Assembly: GCA_963716185.1 (NCBI GenBank)
Contig: OY970295.1
Location: forward strand, 780,078-844,077
Direction of reading: 5' to 3'
Source: Thermodesulfovibrionales bacterium
GTDB lineage: Bacteria; Nitrospirota; Thermodesulfovibrionia; Thermodesulfovibrionales; SM23-35
Length of the DNA stretch: 64,000 nucleotides
Shown: positions 22,601-31,157 of the stretch, in pieces
Layout: every line of letters starts with the position of its first letter
Numbering within the stretch: position 1 is the stretch's first letter
Program-made: the position numbers and the translations under genes
Notes under the pieces: generated by a model
Seen by the model: only the letters and a program-made list of their open reading frames with translations
Told to the model about the DNA's origin: nothing
Database searches by the model: none

Positions 22601-24035
22601 TGACCTCAAGGAAGCGAACCCGAAAGCAATGGTCTGTGTAAAACTCGTTTCAGAGACAGGTGTCGGTACTGTTGCGGCCGGGGTCGCAAAGGCATATGCT
22701 GATATCGTCCAGATATGCGGTTGCGAAGGAGGCACCGGCGCGGCGTCCATAAGCTCGATTAAGAACGCGGGCAATTATTGGGAAACAGGGCTGGCAGAAA
22801 CTCAAAGGGTTTTGATCGAAAATGGCCTTAGGGAAAGGGTCCGCGTAAGAGTTGACGGAGGGTTCAGGACCGGCAGGGATGTGATTATTGCGGCGCTTCT
22901 GGGCGCAGAGGAGTATGGCTTCGGCACGGCGACGATGGTCGCCGTCGGCTGTGTGATGGCGAGGCAGTGTCATCTCAATACGTGTCCTACAGGCGTTGCC
23001 ACACAGGACAAAAAATTAAGGGAAAGGTTTAAGGGCAGACCTGAAGACATTATGGCATACTTCAAGGCCGTTGCGCGGGAGGTGACCGAGATTCTGGCGG
23101 ATATGGGGTTTAAAAGCCTCGAAGAAATTATTGGCAGGACCGACCTGCTCTCTGCTACCCGACTCGGAAATGAGAAGGCCGCAAAAAAGATCGTTCTCGA
23201 CGGATTTTTCGAACGATACCCTGAAGAAACGCGCAGGACATGCACATGGAAGAGAAACGATAATCCTTCGCCGTCGATGAACGATATGCTCGTTCATGAT
23301 CTGCTTCCTTACATTCAGAAGGCAGAACCCGTCGAAAGAGAATACAGCATCAGAAACATTGACAGAAGCATTCCGGCAAAACTTAACTATCATATATCCT
23401 TGCAATACAGGGATAACGGTCTGCCCCCGGATACTCTCCGGCTGACCTTCAGAGGTACGGCGGGACAGAGTTTTGGCGCCTTCAACCATAGAGGTCTTTC
23501 CATCACGTTAATAGGAGATGCCAACGACTATGTCGGGAAAGGAATGTTCGGAGGAAAAATAATCATAAGACCCCCGGACATCAGAGATTGCCACGAGCAT
23601 GTGATTGCCGGCAATACTGTGCTCTATGGAGCGACAGGCGGAGAATTTTACGGCGCCGGCAGGGCCGGAGAAAGGTTCGGAGTCCGGAACAGCGGCGCTA
23701 CTGCAGTTATTGAAGGAACAGGACATCATCCTTGTGAATACATGACAAGGGGGACAGTGGTTGTTCTGGGCGAAGTGGGTTACAATGTCGGCGCCGGAAT
23801 GACCGGGGGGACCTTGTATGTTTATGATGAGCATAATAAACTCAACAATAAATTGAACAGCTCGTATGTCGTTTCTTATGGATTAGAAGATATTTCTGAA
23901 ATAGAAAGATTGAAATCCCTCATAGGAAATCATTACATGTATACGGATAGTCACATAGCCGGTGCGATTCTGGAGAGCTTCGGTACTCTGCTGAAATGTT
24001 TCAAAAAAGTCATTGCTATCAATGAAACTCGATGA
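19647..24035 (+). CDS. gltB: glutamate synthase large subunit
   Basis: 1462 aa. N-terminal CGIGFV amidotransferase nucleophile, central FMN/3Fe-4S region, and C-terminal GXGXG beta-helix repeats (GxTxxxGxxG). Confidence 0.95.
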   Translation: MRYMNKKLFRLTKDINTHRSGSCGIGFVCNIKGAKNHHIIEYGVEAVKNLTHRGAVGADGKTGDGAGVLFQIPEKFFLKKIEHLGFNLSHINNLSVGFFFLHDDIEKEIENILQELDLRTIGWRDVPTNDDALGISALTTKPRVRQLFIDTFNISHEKKEQRLFIARRAIEKKYDNRAYIVSLSSKTIAYKGMLVATNLDRFYPDLVDKDLESAFCIFHQRFSTNTSPDWTLAQPFRVLAHNGEINTIQGNRNWMVSIESEIEEALSDLDGQKITPLISFEESDSASLDRILELLILSGFSPEHAINMCVPPALECCDFDETTRGRVEAFFEYQSFLMKPWDGPAAIVFTDGDSVGAHLDRNGLRPLRYTETADGMLVLGSETGMLDLGGRQIKEKGRLGPGETISVDMRKGKLRLTHDILKELSGQKPYREWIDKFLLKIDQSEIKVPASLSDITRKQIAFGYTEEEIQTSLKEMALSGKEMTYSMGDDTPLPPLSEKPQLLFRYFRQRFSQVTNPPIDHIRERIVMSSRMNLGYKINFLRETPEHARRLHLDSPILLENHIKSISEQNILKVDRIPVTFSKTGSASPVYHAVRNLQRRVIDSVKKATEIIILSDIDISKDMIAIPSLLAVSASFKALQREGLSNRASLIIETGEARDVHHIACLIGYNASAVCPYLALHTLKELCDKNEIKIPYEQAVINYKKTLEEGLLKVIAKMGISTLNSYYGAQLFDTICLNRDFIEEYFRGTPVSLESDGMAEVEESLFKRHASAFEPSKSVLDYGGSLRYRKGGEHHAWSPPYVIAMKTFLKDTAYDSYKKFSHLASEQPFFVKHLLDYKKGSPLPLDEVEPAAYILKRFFSGAMSVGSLGPEAHETIAEACNRLGIRSNSGEGGEDPVRYWTVKNSAIKQVASGRFGVTPTYLASANELEIKIAQGAKPGEGGHLPAIKVTDYIAGLRHCKPGILLISPPPHHDIYSIEDLAQLIHDLKEANPKAMVCVKLVSETGVGTVAAGVAKAYADIVQICGCEGGTGAASISSIKNAGNYWETGLAETQRVLIENGLRERVRVRVDGGFRTGRDVIIAALLGAEEYGFGTATMVAVGCVMARQCHLNTCPTGVATQDKKLRERFKGRPEDIMAYFKAVAREVTEILADMGFKSLEEIIGRTDLLSATRLGNEKAAKKIVLDGFFERYPEETRRTCTWKRNDNPSPSMNDMLVHDLLPYIQKAEPVEREYSIRNIDRSIPAKLNYHISLQYRDNGLPPDTLRLTFRGTAGQSFGAFNHRGLSITLIGDANDYVGKGMFGGKIIIRPPDIRDCHEHVIAGNTVLYGATGGEFYGAGRAGERFGVRNSGATAVIEGTGHHPCEYMTRGTVVVLGEVGYNVGAGMTGGTLYVYDEHNKLNNKLNSSYVVSYGLEDISEIERLKSLIGNHYMYTDSHIAGAILESFGTLLKCFKKVIAINETR

Positions 24036-24065
24036 AATAATGTAACCCCTTATCAGTCACACGTA

Positions 24066-24155
24066 GCATATCATAACCCCACCTTACCTCCCCTTAACTT
24101 AATCCCGAAAGCTTTCGGGACTCTTAAGTTAAGAGGGGGTGAGAGGAAGTTACCC
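24066..24155. repeat. family 2 hairpin repeat with the 18-bp palindrome at its apex
   Basis: ACCTCCCCTTAACTTAA [TCCCGAAAGCTTTCGGGA, 24103-24120] CTCTTAAGTTAAGAGGGGGT. Confidence 0.8.
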
Positions 24156-24194
24156 GATTCCACCCTCACTGAATGACCATGAAACAATATTCGA

Positions 24195-24641
24195 TTATGC
24201 CAGAAGTACAGAGTCGATCCATGCATATAATTGCTCCTCTGGCACGGCACCCGAAATATCTCCCAGTTTGTTGCCGTTCCGATAGAGATAAAATGTGGGT
24301 GTTGCGTTTATGCTGAAGCGGGCTCCAAGATACGGTTCATTGTCAAGATTCACCTTGACTACTTTTAATACCCCGGCTTTCCCCCGCGCCAGTTTATCCA
24401 CTACCGGGGCCATTACGCGGCAGTAACCACACCAAGGCGTCCAGAACTCAACCAGCACCGTGCCGGGCCATCCAAGGACCTCCCTGTCAAAATTAGCGGT
24501 CGTCAGATCAACCGGGGTCTTTGGAATTTTTATAAAGTTCTTGCATTTCCCGCATTTAGGATTGCTGTCCAGTTTGTCCGCCGGTACTCTGTTGAGCACC
24601 CCGCATTTATCACACCTGAGATAGACTGTCTTGTCAGACAT
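24195..24641 (-). CDS. thioredoxin with an N-terminal zinc-finger (TrxC-like)
   Basis: CDKC...CGKC N-terminal pair and a WCGYC active site. ATG 24641 is preferred over the TTG at 24665. Confidence 0.85.
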   Translation of the reverse strand: MSDKTVYLRCDKCGVLNRVPADKLDSNPKCGKCKNFIKIPKTPVDLTTANFDREVLGWPGTVLVEFWTPWCGYCRVMAPVVDKLARGKAGVLKVVKVNLDNEPYLGARFSINATPTFYLYRNGNKLGDISGAVPEEQLYAWIDSVLLA

Positions 24642-24696
24642 ATAATTGGGAACTCCTTTATCCAACCGGCACCCGGTATTTAAGATTTTATCAAAA

Positions 24697-26151
24697 ATGG
24701 AAATAAATGTAATGGCGTTACGGTCCGGAATAATCGCGGATGCCTTTAATCGCCTTTATGATAAAATTATCAGAAGCATGCATAACTCACTTAAAACACG
24801 GCCAAACAACCTTACGATTGGAAATCTCTGGGTAAACATCTGGCAGATTTCATGGCCCATGTTCCTCATCATGATCTTTAATTTCTTCGTGGGATTGACC
24901 GATGTCTACGTGGCCGGGTTTATCAGCCCCGAGGTCCAGGCAGCCGTCGGCTTCGTGAGTCAGTTATATTTCCTCATCATTATCATCGCCAATGCCATCA
25001 GTATCGGAACATTAGCTCTGGTCTCAAGAGCCATCGGCGCCGGCAATACGGAGACGGCTGTGGAAACGGCTAAACAGTCTCTTTTGTTCAGCGTAATAGT
25101 CGCGTTGGGAGTCATGGCAACCGGTTTATTCTTTGCGAAAGAGGTAATATCTATTGCAGGTTTTCCGACCAAAATAAGCGAGATCTCGGAGAATTTTCTA
25201 AGAATTTTTTCCCTGGCGCTCGGGCCGAACTATATCCTGCTGATTTCGAATGCCATATTCCGGGCGAGCGGCGAGGTGAAAAAACCATTGTTTACCATGT
25301 TCGTAGTCAGCGTCCTAAATATCATAGGAAATTTTGTACTTGTCTTCGGTATTTTCCCTTTCCCAAAAATGGGATACATCGGCATCGCACTCTCATCAGC
25401 TATTTCTGTCATGGCAGGCATGGTAATCAGCCTTTCCTTCTTCCTCACCGGCCTATGGAGATCAATCTATGCAAGACCATGGCGCATGTCCGCTGTCACT
25501 GTAAAAAAGATTATAAAACTCGGCTGGCCCGCAGTTTTATTGCAGATAGCCTGGAACGCGGGAAGCATCGTCCTATACAATATCCTCTCCAGGCTGGGCG
25601 ATAAGAGCATCGCTGCCCTGGCGTCCATAACGAACGGGCTGAGAATAGAGGCAATCATATACATGCCTGCTTTTGCCCTTAACATGGCAGCATCCGTACT
25701 CATTGGCCAAAACCTGGGGGCCAATAATCCTGACAGGGCCGAAAAGATAGGGTGGAAAATAGCTCTCACAGGGGTAATCCTTATAAGTCTTATGGCCCTG
25801 ATAATCTTTGTATGGGCAAAAAATTTCGCCTCTGCGATATCAAAAGATCCCGCGGTCCTTGAAGAGACAACACGCTACCTGAGGATTAACATGTTATCCG
25901 AACCTCTAATGGCATTAGGTGTGACTTTGGCGGGCGGCCTCCAGGGGGCCGGAGACACAAAAGGGACGATGTGGGTGATAGTAATAGCGATGTGGATGGT
26001 CAGACTGCCGCTCGCCTATTTCCTTGCCGTTGTCCTGAATTACGGGGCCATCGGTGTGTGGATCGCCATGGTCACTTCCATGAATATTCAGGGCATTCTC
26101 ATGACATTGAGATTTCATAAAGGACAGTGGAAAACATTAAAATTAGATTAG
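24697..26151 (+). CDS. MATE family efflux transporter
   Basis: 12 predicted TM segments and MATE-like repeat organisation. The start is uncertain (24697 or 24712); the ORF opens at 24646. Confidence 0.85.
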   Translation: MEINVMALRSGIIADAFNRLYDKIIRSMHNSLKTRPNNLTIGNLWVNIWQISWPMFLIMIFNFFVGLTDVYVAGFISPEVQAAVGFVSQLYFLIIIIANAISIGTLALVSRAIGAGNTETAVETAKQSLLFSVIVALGVMATGLFFAKEVISIAGFPTKISEISENFLRIFSLALGPNYILLISNAIFRASGEVKKPLFTMFVVSVLNIIGNFVLVFGIFPFPKMGYIGIALSSAISVMAGMVISLSFFLTGLWRSIYARPWRMSAVTVKKIIKLGWPAVLLQIAWNAGSIVLYNILSRLGDKSIAALASITNGLRIEAIIYMPAFALNMAASVLIGQNLGANNPDRAEKIGWKIALTGVILISLMALIIFVWAKNFASAISKDPAVLEETTRYLRINMLSEPLMALGVTLAGGLQGAGDTKGTMWVIVIAMWMVRLPLAYFLAVVLNYGAIGVWIAMVTSMNIQGILMTLRFHKGQWKTLKLD

Positions 26152-26345
26152 TCCAAAGAATTCAGATATTGTTCAAAAATTTATTTGACTCGATGAATTA
26201 TTGGAATCATCTTTATTGGCTCTGTTCAAAAACCATTCCGATCAACCATCAGTTAAGGTACACTAAGGTATCGAAAAATAAATTCTTTCACAACACCTGA
26301 ATTCTTTAATTTTACATTCTTAATGTTAGGCAGGAGGTATCAGTC

Positions 26346-27563
26346 TTGTTAAAACTTTTTAATACGCTGGGGAAAATGGTAGAAGTATTCCATCCGGTCA
26401 ATAAAAAAGTGGTCACCATGTTTACCTGCGGACCTTCTGTATACCAAAGGGCTCATATCGGCAATTTCAGGACATTTTTGTTCGAAGATATACTCGCCCG
26501 ATATCTGGAATATTCAGGCTGTACGGTCAAGAGGGGAATGAACCTCACCGATATCGAGGACAAAGCGATTGCAGAAGCCCAAAAGCAAAAAACAACCGTC
26601 AAACGTCTTACGGAAAAAAACATCAGGGAGTTTCTTGACGAGATGAAGCTCTTAAGAATGAAAATCCCGGATTATCTTGCGAGGGCCTCCGAATGTGTCA
26701 ACGAGGCTGTTGATATCATTGAGCATTTACTCGGCCTTAAAATCGCATACCGGGACAGGGGAAATGTTTATTTTGACCCCTTGAAATTCCCCGGGTTCGG
26801 AAAACTCTACGGCCTTGACATGTCAAAGTGGCCTTCGAAGAAGAGACGGTTCCATAAAGATACGTATCCGGGGATGCAGTGGAATCTTGGTGATTTTGTT
26901 CTGTGGCATGGGTACGAGGATGGCGATAAATACTACTGGGATACGAAGATCGGCAGGGGACGACCCGCGTGGAACATTCAGGACCCGAGTATGATCAGCA
27001 AATATTTCTCCGAGACGCTCTCGATTTATTGCGGCGGAATCGATAACCTCTTCAGGCATCATGATTATATACTGGCAATCCTTGAATCAGTAAGACCATA
27101 TCCTATGTCGAGGTTCTGGCTCCATTGCAACCACCTTTATGTAAAGGGCCAGAAGATGTCCAAAAGCAAGGGAAATATATTATATTCAGACACCTTGCAA
27201 AAACTGGGTCTTGGCATGGATGAGATAAGATTTTTCCTGATATACGGACATTACCGTGAGAGGATGAGTTATTCGGAAAGACAGTTGAATATGGTTATAG
27301 ATAAACTGAGATCGCTCAAGAGCCTTGCAAAAAAGATCAAAGACCAAGCTTCTTACAAAGCCGATTTTTCGGGGAAAACGGTGCAGAGTTTAAGAAAGAC
27401 CTTCACCGGACATATGGATGACGACTTAAATGTAAAAGAGGCATTTGACGGGTTATATGGGATATTATCGGATATAAAATTTGTCGACCTGAAACCTGGT
27501 GAGGCTGCGGGGATAACAGAAACTCTTAAGGAAATAGACGAAGTTTTCAAGGTATTTTTTTAG
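26346..27563 (+). CDS. class I aminoacyl-tRNA synthetase-like protein related to CysRS (divergent, short)
   Basis: N-terminal MLKLFNTL, HIGN in place of HIGH, KMSKS present, NLTDIEDK, MDDDLN. TTG start with GGAGG 8 nt upstream. The Zn-ligand positions appear substituted; see findings. Confidence 0.7.
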   Translation: MLKLFNTLGKMVEVFHPVNKKVVTMFTCGPSVYQRAHIGNFRTFLFEDILARYLEYSGCTVKRGMNLTDIEDKAIAEAQKQKTTVKRLTEKNIREFLDEMKLLRMKIPDYLARASECVNEAVDIIEHLLGLKIAYRDRGNVYFDPLKFPGFGKLYGLDMSKWPSKKRRFHKDTYPGMQWNLGDFVLWHGYEDGDKYYWDTKIGRGRPAWNIQDPSMISKYFSETLSIYCGGIDNLFRHHDYILAILESVRPYPMSRFWLHCNHLYVKGQKMSKSKGNILYSDTLQKLGLGMDEIRFFLIYGHYRERMSYSERQLNMVIDKLRSLKSLAKKIKDQASYKADFSGKTVQSLRKTFTGHMDDDLNVKEAFDGLYGILSDIKFVDLKPGEAAGITETLKEIDEVFKVFF

Positions 27564-27584
27564 ACAAATTTATTAGGAGGGAAC

Positions 27585-29210
27585 ATGGTTCAGGGATATG
27601 AAAATGCCTCTTCCTGCTGGAAGATAATAATGTCGGATGTTTCCACAAACAGGGGATTGCTGTCTTTTATTGAAAAGTTTGCAAGAGAAAATACATCACC
27701 GGCAAGGATCGTATTCGGCACTTCAGGCTGGAGAGGTGAAATAGGCAACGATTTCACGTTTAATAATGTGAGGATCGTAACTTCCGCAATTATAGAGATG
27801 TTTAAAGCCAATGAACCTTCGGTCATGCAGGCGATGGGGGTATCGGGTTTTGATGAAATAAAAAGACGGGGAGTCATTGTAGGACACGATAACCGGTTTC
27901 TCGGCACGGATTTCTCAATGGAAGTGCTGGGACTTCTTCAGAGAGAGAAGATCAGTACCTGGTATGCAGGTGAAGCTCCGACTCCGGCATTTTCGGCAGG
28001 AATCGAGATGTTGAATGCCGCCTGCTCGATCAACCTCACACCTTCACACAACCCTGCGAATTATGCGGGCTTTAAATTCAACCCCTCCGACGGGGGGCCC
28101 GCGGGACCGGAAATTACCGCCGTTATAGAAGAGATTGCAAACAGGAAAATGAAGAGAGCGGACATGCTCCAGCCGGCAAAGCCTGACTGCATCGAAACAA
28201 TAGACCTGGCGGACCTTTACAGAAAATTCATAATGGACCGTAAAACACTCGATCTCACAAAAATCCTCGATTTCATAAATAAAGAAGACTGCATTATCTG
28301 CATTGACAATGTCCACGGTTCAACGAGAGGATATATGGAGAAGATCCTCGGCAGCAGCGATAAAATCAAATATCTGAGGACAGAAGATGATATTCTATTC
28401 GGCGGCATAGCTCCGGAGCCGTCTGAGAAAAATATGCAGGGGGTCCGGAAGGTTTTGAAAGAGAGCAGGGCCGGATTTAAACTGGGTGTTATCATGGACC
28501 CCGATGGCGACCGTGTCAGACATTCCGACGGCAGCGTGCAGATACCGATGAATTACTTCGGTGCGATAGCGCTCCATTTTCTTCACACCTATAAAAAAAT
28601 ACCGGGTGTCTCGGCAAAATCAGTAGCAACAAGCAACCTTGTGAATGCCATCGCTGAAGGGCTCGGCATTCCTGTGAGAGAAACAAAGGTCGGCTTCAAA
28701 AACTTCCGTCCCTACCTGCTGAAAACATCCGGCGAAAGGGCCATAGTCGCCTTCGAAGAATCGGACGGCATATCTGCATATAACCATGTCCTCGAAAAAG
28801 ATGCGCTGTTCGGTCTGCTTCTCGCCGTAGAGATAATGGCGGTCACGCATAAGAACCTTGGCGAATATCTCAAAACCTTGATGGACGAGTTCGGATATTA
28901 TTATCCGGAACGCTCCGGTATTTCTGTTGGCAGGTCCCTTGTCGGCGAACCGTTATTAAAAAGGCTTTCAAAAATCAGGGAGACTTATAAGACAGGAACT
29001 GTAGTCGATATCGGCAGCCGTAAAAGAACGATCAAAAATGTAATAACGGTAGACGGAACAAAGCTGGTTTTTGATGACGGTTCATGGCTCATGATAAGAC
29101 CGTCGGGGACAGAGCCGAAGGTAAGATTTTATATCGAGGCGAGGACTGAAGAAGGCAAAAAGGCCATATTCGAAGTAGCCGAGAAAATGACGAGAGAGGC
29201 TATAGGATGA
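27585..29210 (+). CDS. phosphoglucomutase/phosphomannomutase family protein
   Basis: Active-site TPSHNP, metal-binding MDPDGDR, sugar loop FEESDG, C-terminal RPSGTEP. Confidence 0.9.
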   Translation: MVQGYENASSCWKIIMSDVSTNRGLLSFIEKFARENTSPARIVFGTSGWRGEIGNDFTFNNVRIVTSAIIEMFKANEPSVMQAMGVSGFDEIKRRGVIVGHDNRFLGTDFSMEVLGLLQREKISTWYAGEAPTPAFSAGIEMLNAACSINLTPSHNPANYAGFKFNPSDGGPAGPEITAVIEEIANRKMKRADMLQPAKPDCIETIDLADLYRKFIMDRKTLDLTKILDFINKEDCIICIDNVHGSTRGYMEKILGSSDKIKYLRTEDDILFGGIAPEPSEKNMQGVRKVLKESRAGFKLGVIMDPDGDRVRHSDGSVQIPMNYFGAIALHFLHTYKKIPGVSAKSVATSNLVNAIAEGLGIPVRETKVGFKNFRPYLLKTSGERAIVAFEESDGISAYNHVLEKDALFGLLLAVEIMAVTHKNLGEYLKTLMDEFGYYYPERSGISVGRSLVGEPLLKRLSKIRETYKTGTVVDIGSRKRTIKNVITVDGTKLVFDDGSWLMIRPSGTEPKVRFYIEARTEEGKKAIFEVAEKMTREAIG

Positions 29211-29278
29211 CAGAGTTGCTTAAATTGTAATTTATACACAGACTTTAAATGGAGCATGTCCATAAACGCGATAGTTGA

Positions 29279-29313
29279 CCACCCTCCCCTTACCCCTCCC
29301 ATCAAGGGAGGGC
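29279..29313. repeat. family 4 GC-rich repeat unit
   Basis: CCACCCTCCCCTTACCCCTCCCATCAAGGGAGGGC. Its reverse complement resembles 43071-43105. Confidence 0.6.
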
Positions 29314-29322
29314 ATATCTGCG

Positions 29323-29345
29323 GGAGCATGTTTGCAACATGCTCC
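29323..29345 (+). terminator. possible terminator hairpin after the phosphohexomutase gene
   Basis: Perfect 9-bp stem GGAGCATGT / TTGCA / ACATGCTCC followed by TTAACTTTTAT, a weak T-tract. Confidence 0.35.
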
Positions 29346-29455
29346 TTAACTTTTATATTGCGAACCCGGCTATTTCGTGCAGATGCATCCTTAGCTTTTC
29401 ATTGCTGGAGATAGGGTTCAGGTTATGGAAACCTGAACCCGCAAGGAGGAAGGCA

Positions 29456-29486
29456 AAGAAAGATTCCGGACAAGCCGGAATGACAG
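29456..29486. repeat. family 3 repeat fragment
   Basis: The 31 nt AAGAAAGATTCCGGACAAGCCGGAATGACAG are identical to 13906-13936. Confidence 0.85.
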
Positions 29487-29529
29487 AAAATGGAAACTGA
29501 TTGAGTTTATGAAACATACACTAAACAGG

Positions 29530-29868
29530 CTATTTGTTTTCGATGGAAAACAAGGGTTCGTGGATCGATTCGTTCCGGCAGACTGGGCACCTGCCCGGTT
29601 TGTTCAGTCTCTCCCTCTTTCTAAAAACGAAACCGCATTTTTTGCATATTGCAGGTTTGACTATAAATGTGTGACTGCCTTTATTGATAGTCCGCTGGAT
29701 ATGCTCAAGATGGTCGTATGCCTCTTTCTCGGAAATACCGGCTTCAACAGATATGTCTTTCGCAGACAGTCCCGAACGCTTTCGGGATTCGAGCAAGGCC
29801 ATTATCTTCTGCCGGATGGTCTCCCGCCTCTCAACCGGCACGAACGGCTTGAGAGGTTTTTTCTTCAT
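29530..29868 (-). CDS. predicted transcriptional regulator, HTH fused to a Zn-ribbon
   Basis: HTH-like LSAKDISVEAGISEKEAYDHLEHI and C-terminal CKKC...CPVC. 4-nt overlap with the obg stop. Confidence 0.7.
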   Translation of the reverse strand: MKKKPLKPFVPVERRETIRQKIMALLESRKRSGLSAKDISVEAGISEKEAYDHLEHIQRTINKGSHTFIVKPAICKKCGFVFRKRERLNKPGRCPVCRNESIHEPLFSIENK

Positions 29869-30881
29869 TTCTTTCTCTCTTTGGTTTCTTTCAGCTTGAC
29901 AGAAAGATAACCCAAAAGTTTTTTAATTCCGCTGCCCGTTACAGCGGACACAGGGAAAAAATCTATCCCATTAATTTTACAATATCCTTCGAGCCTATCA
30001 AGCCTATCCTTGCTACCCGCAACATCGAGCTTCGTCCCCGCAACTGCCTGGGGCTTACTGACAAGTTCGGGGCTGTATAGTTCAAGCTCTTTATTGATCT
30101 TTTCGAAATTTTCTACAGGATCACCCTCAGTCGTCTCCGAAATATCAACAAGGTGGAGGAGCATCGATGTTCGCTCGACATGTCTTAAGAACTGAAAGCC
30201 GAGACCGACACCTCTGTGAGCGCCCTCGATGAGCCCCGGGATATCGGCAACAACAAAACTTCGATAATCTTCAAGTTTGACAACCCCGAGCATGGGCCTC
30301 AGCGTGGTAAACGGATAATCTGCAACCTTTGGTCTCGCTGAAGATATCACAGACAAAAGAGTGGACTTCCCTGCATTAGGAAGACCGATCAACCCGATGT
30401 CGGCAAGAAGCTTCAGTTCAAGGATCAGCCATCTTTCTTCGCCTTCCTCGCCCGGCTGCGCGTATCTGGGGGCCTGCCTGGTAGGTGTAGCAAAGTGGGA
30501 ATTGCCGAGTCCTCCCCTCCCGCCCTTAACAAATATAGCCTCCTTGCCATCGCTATCAAGGTCTGCGATAACCTCTTTTGTTTCGGCATCTTTTATTAAG
30601 GTGCCCAGGGGCAGAGGGATAATAAGGTCCTCTCCATTCTTACCGTGCATTTTTTTGCCCATGCCGTGCTGACCCTTCTGAGCTCTATATTCACGATGGT
30701 ATATATGGTCAAGAAGCGTATTCAAAGCATCAGTCGCCTTAAATACGATGTGCCCTCCCCTTCCCCCGTCTCCGCCGTCAGGACCGCCCCTCGGGACATA
30801 CTTCTCCCTCCTGAAACTGACGCAGCCCCTGCCGCCGTCTCCTGCCTTTACGTAGATCTTAACATAGTCAATAAATTGCAT
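29865..30881 (-). CDS. obg: GTPase Obg/CgtA
   Basis: MQFIDYVKIYVKAGDGGRGCVSFRREKYVPRGGPDGGDGGRGG, and GLPNAGKST G1 motif. Confidence 0.95.
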   Translation of the reverse strand: MQFIDYVKIYVKAGDGGRGCVSFRREKYVPRGGPDGGDGGRGGHIVFKATDALNTLLDHIYHREYRAQKGQHGMGKKMHGKNGEDLIIPLPLGTLIKDAETKEVIADLDSDGKEAIFVKGGRGGLGNSHFATPTRQAPRYAQPGEEGEERWLILELKLLADIGLIGLPNAGKSTLLSVISSARPKVADYPFTTLRPMLGVVKLEDYRSFVVADIPGLIEGAHRGVGLGFQFLRHVERTSMLLHLVDISETTEGDPVENFEKINKELELYSPELVSKPQAVAGTKLDVAGSKDRLDRLEGYCKINGIDFFPVSAVTGSGIKKLLGYLSVKLKETKERKK

Positions 30882-30964
30882 TATAAATTATCCCCCAACG
30901 AAGTGAGAAGAAAAAGCTGGCTTTTCCGTCTCATACGTGTAAAAGAAAACGCGCCCAAGTTCTA

Positions 30965-31057
30965 CAAACTCCCCTCCTATTTTAGGAGGGGATTAAGGGG
31001 TGGTAAGCCGTAATCGGACAACCACCCCGACCCCTCCTTACCAAGGAGGGGAGTTTG
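30965..31057. repeat. triple-hairpin element with perfect 14-bp terminal inverted repeats
   Basis: CAAACTCCCCTCCT ... AGGAGGGGAGTTTG. Internal hairpins CCCCTCCTATTTTAGGAGGGG, GGGGTGGT..ACCACCCC and CCCCTCCTTACCAAGGAGGGG. Confidence 0.8.
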
Positions 31058-31157
31058 CGGCAACCCACTCAGAATAAGATTTTAATGCTAGTACAGCGTC
31101 CCGCAAACAAATGGTGTTATCAAATGTGATTAGTAAGCTCAATATTGGCTTCACTTT

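Noticed and set aside
24646-24696. An upstream extension of the MATE ORF that overlaps the thioredoxin gene start.
   Set aside because: The extension would overlap the divergent trx gene and precede the first hydrophobic region by more than 50 residues. The internal ATGs at 24697 and 24712 are more plausible.
29509-29910. A 133-aa ORF on the + strand overlapping the HTH/Zn-ribbon gene.
   Set aside because: The minus-strand ORF (29530-29868) has recognisable HTH and CxxC...CxxC features and a 4-nt overlap coupling it to obg. The plus-strand product has no features.
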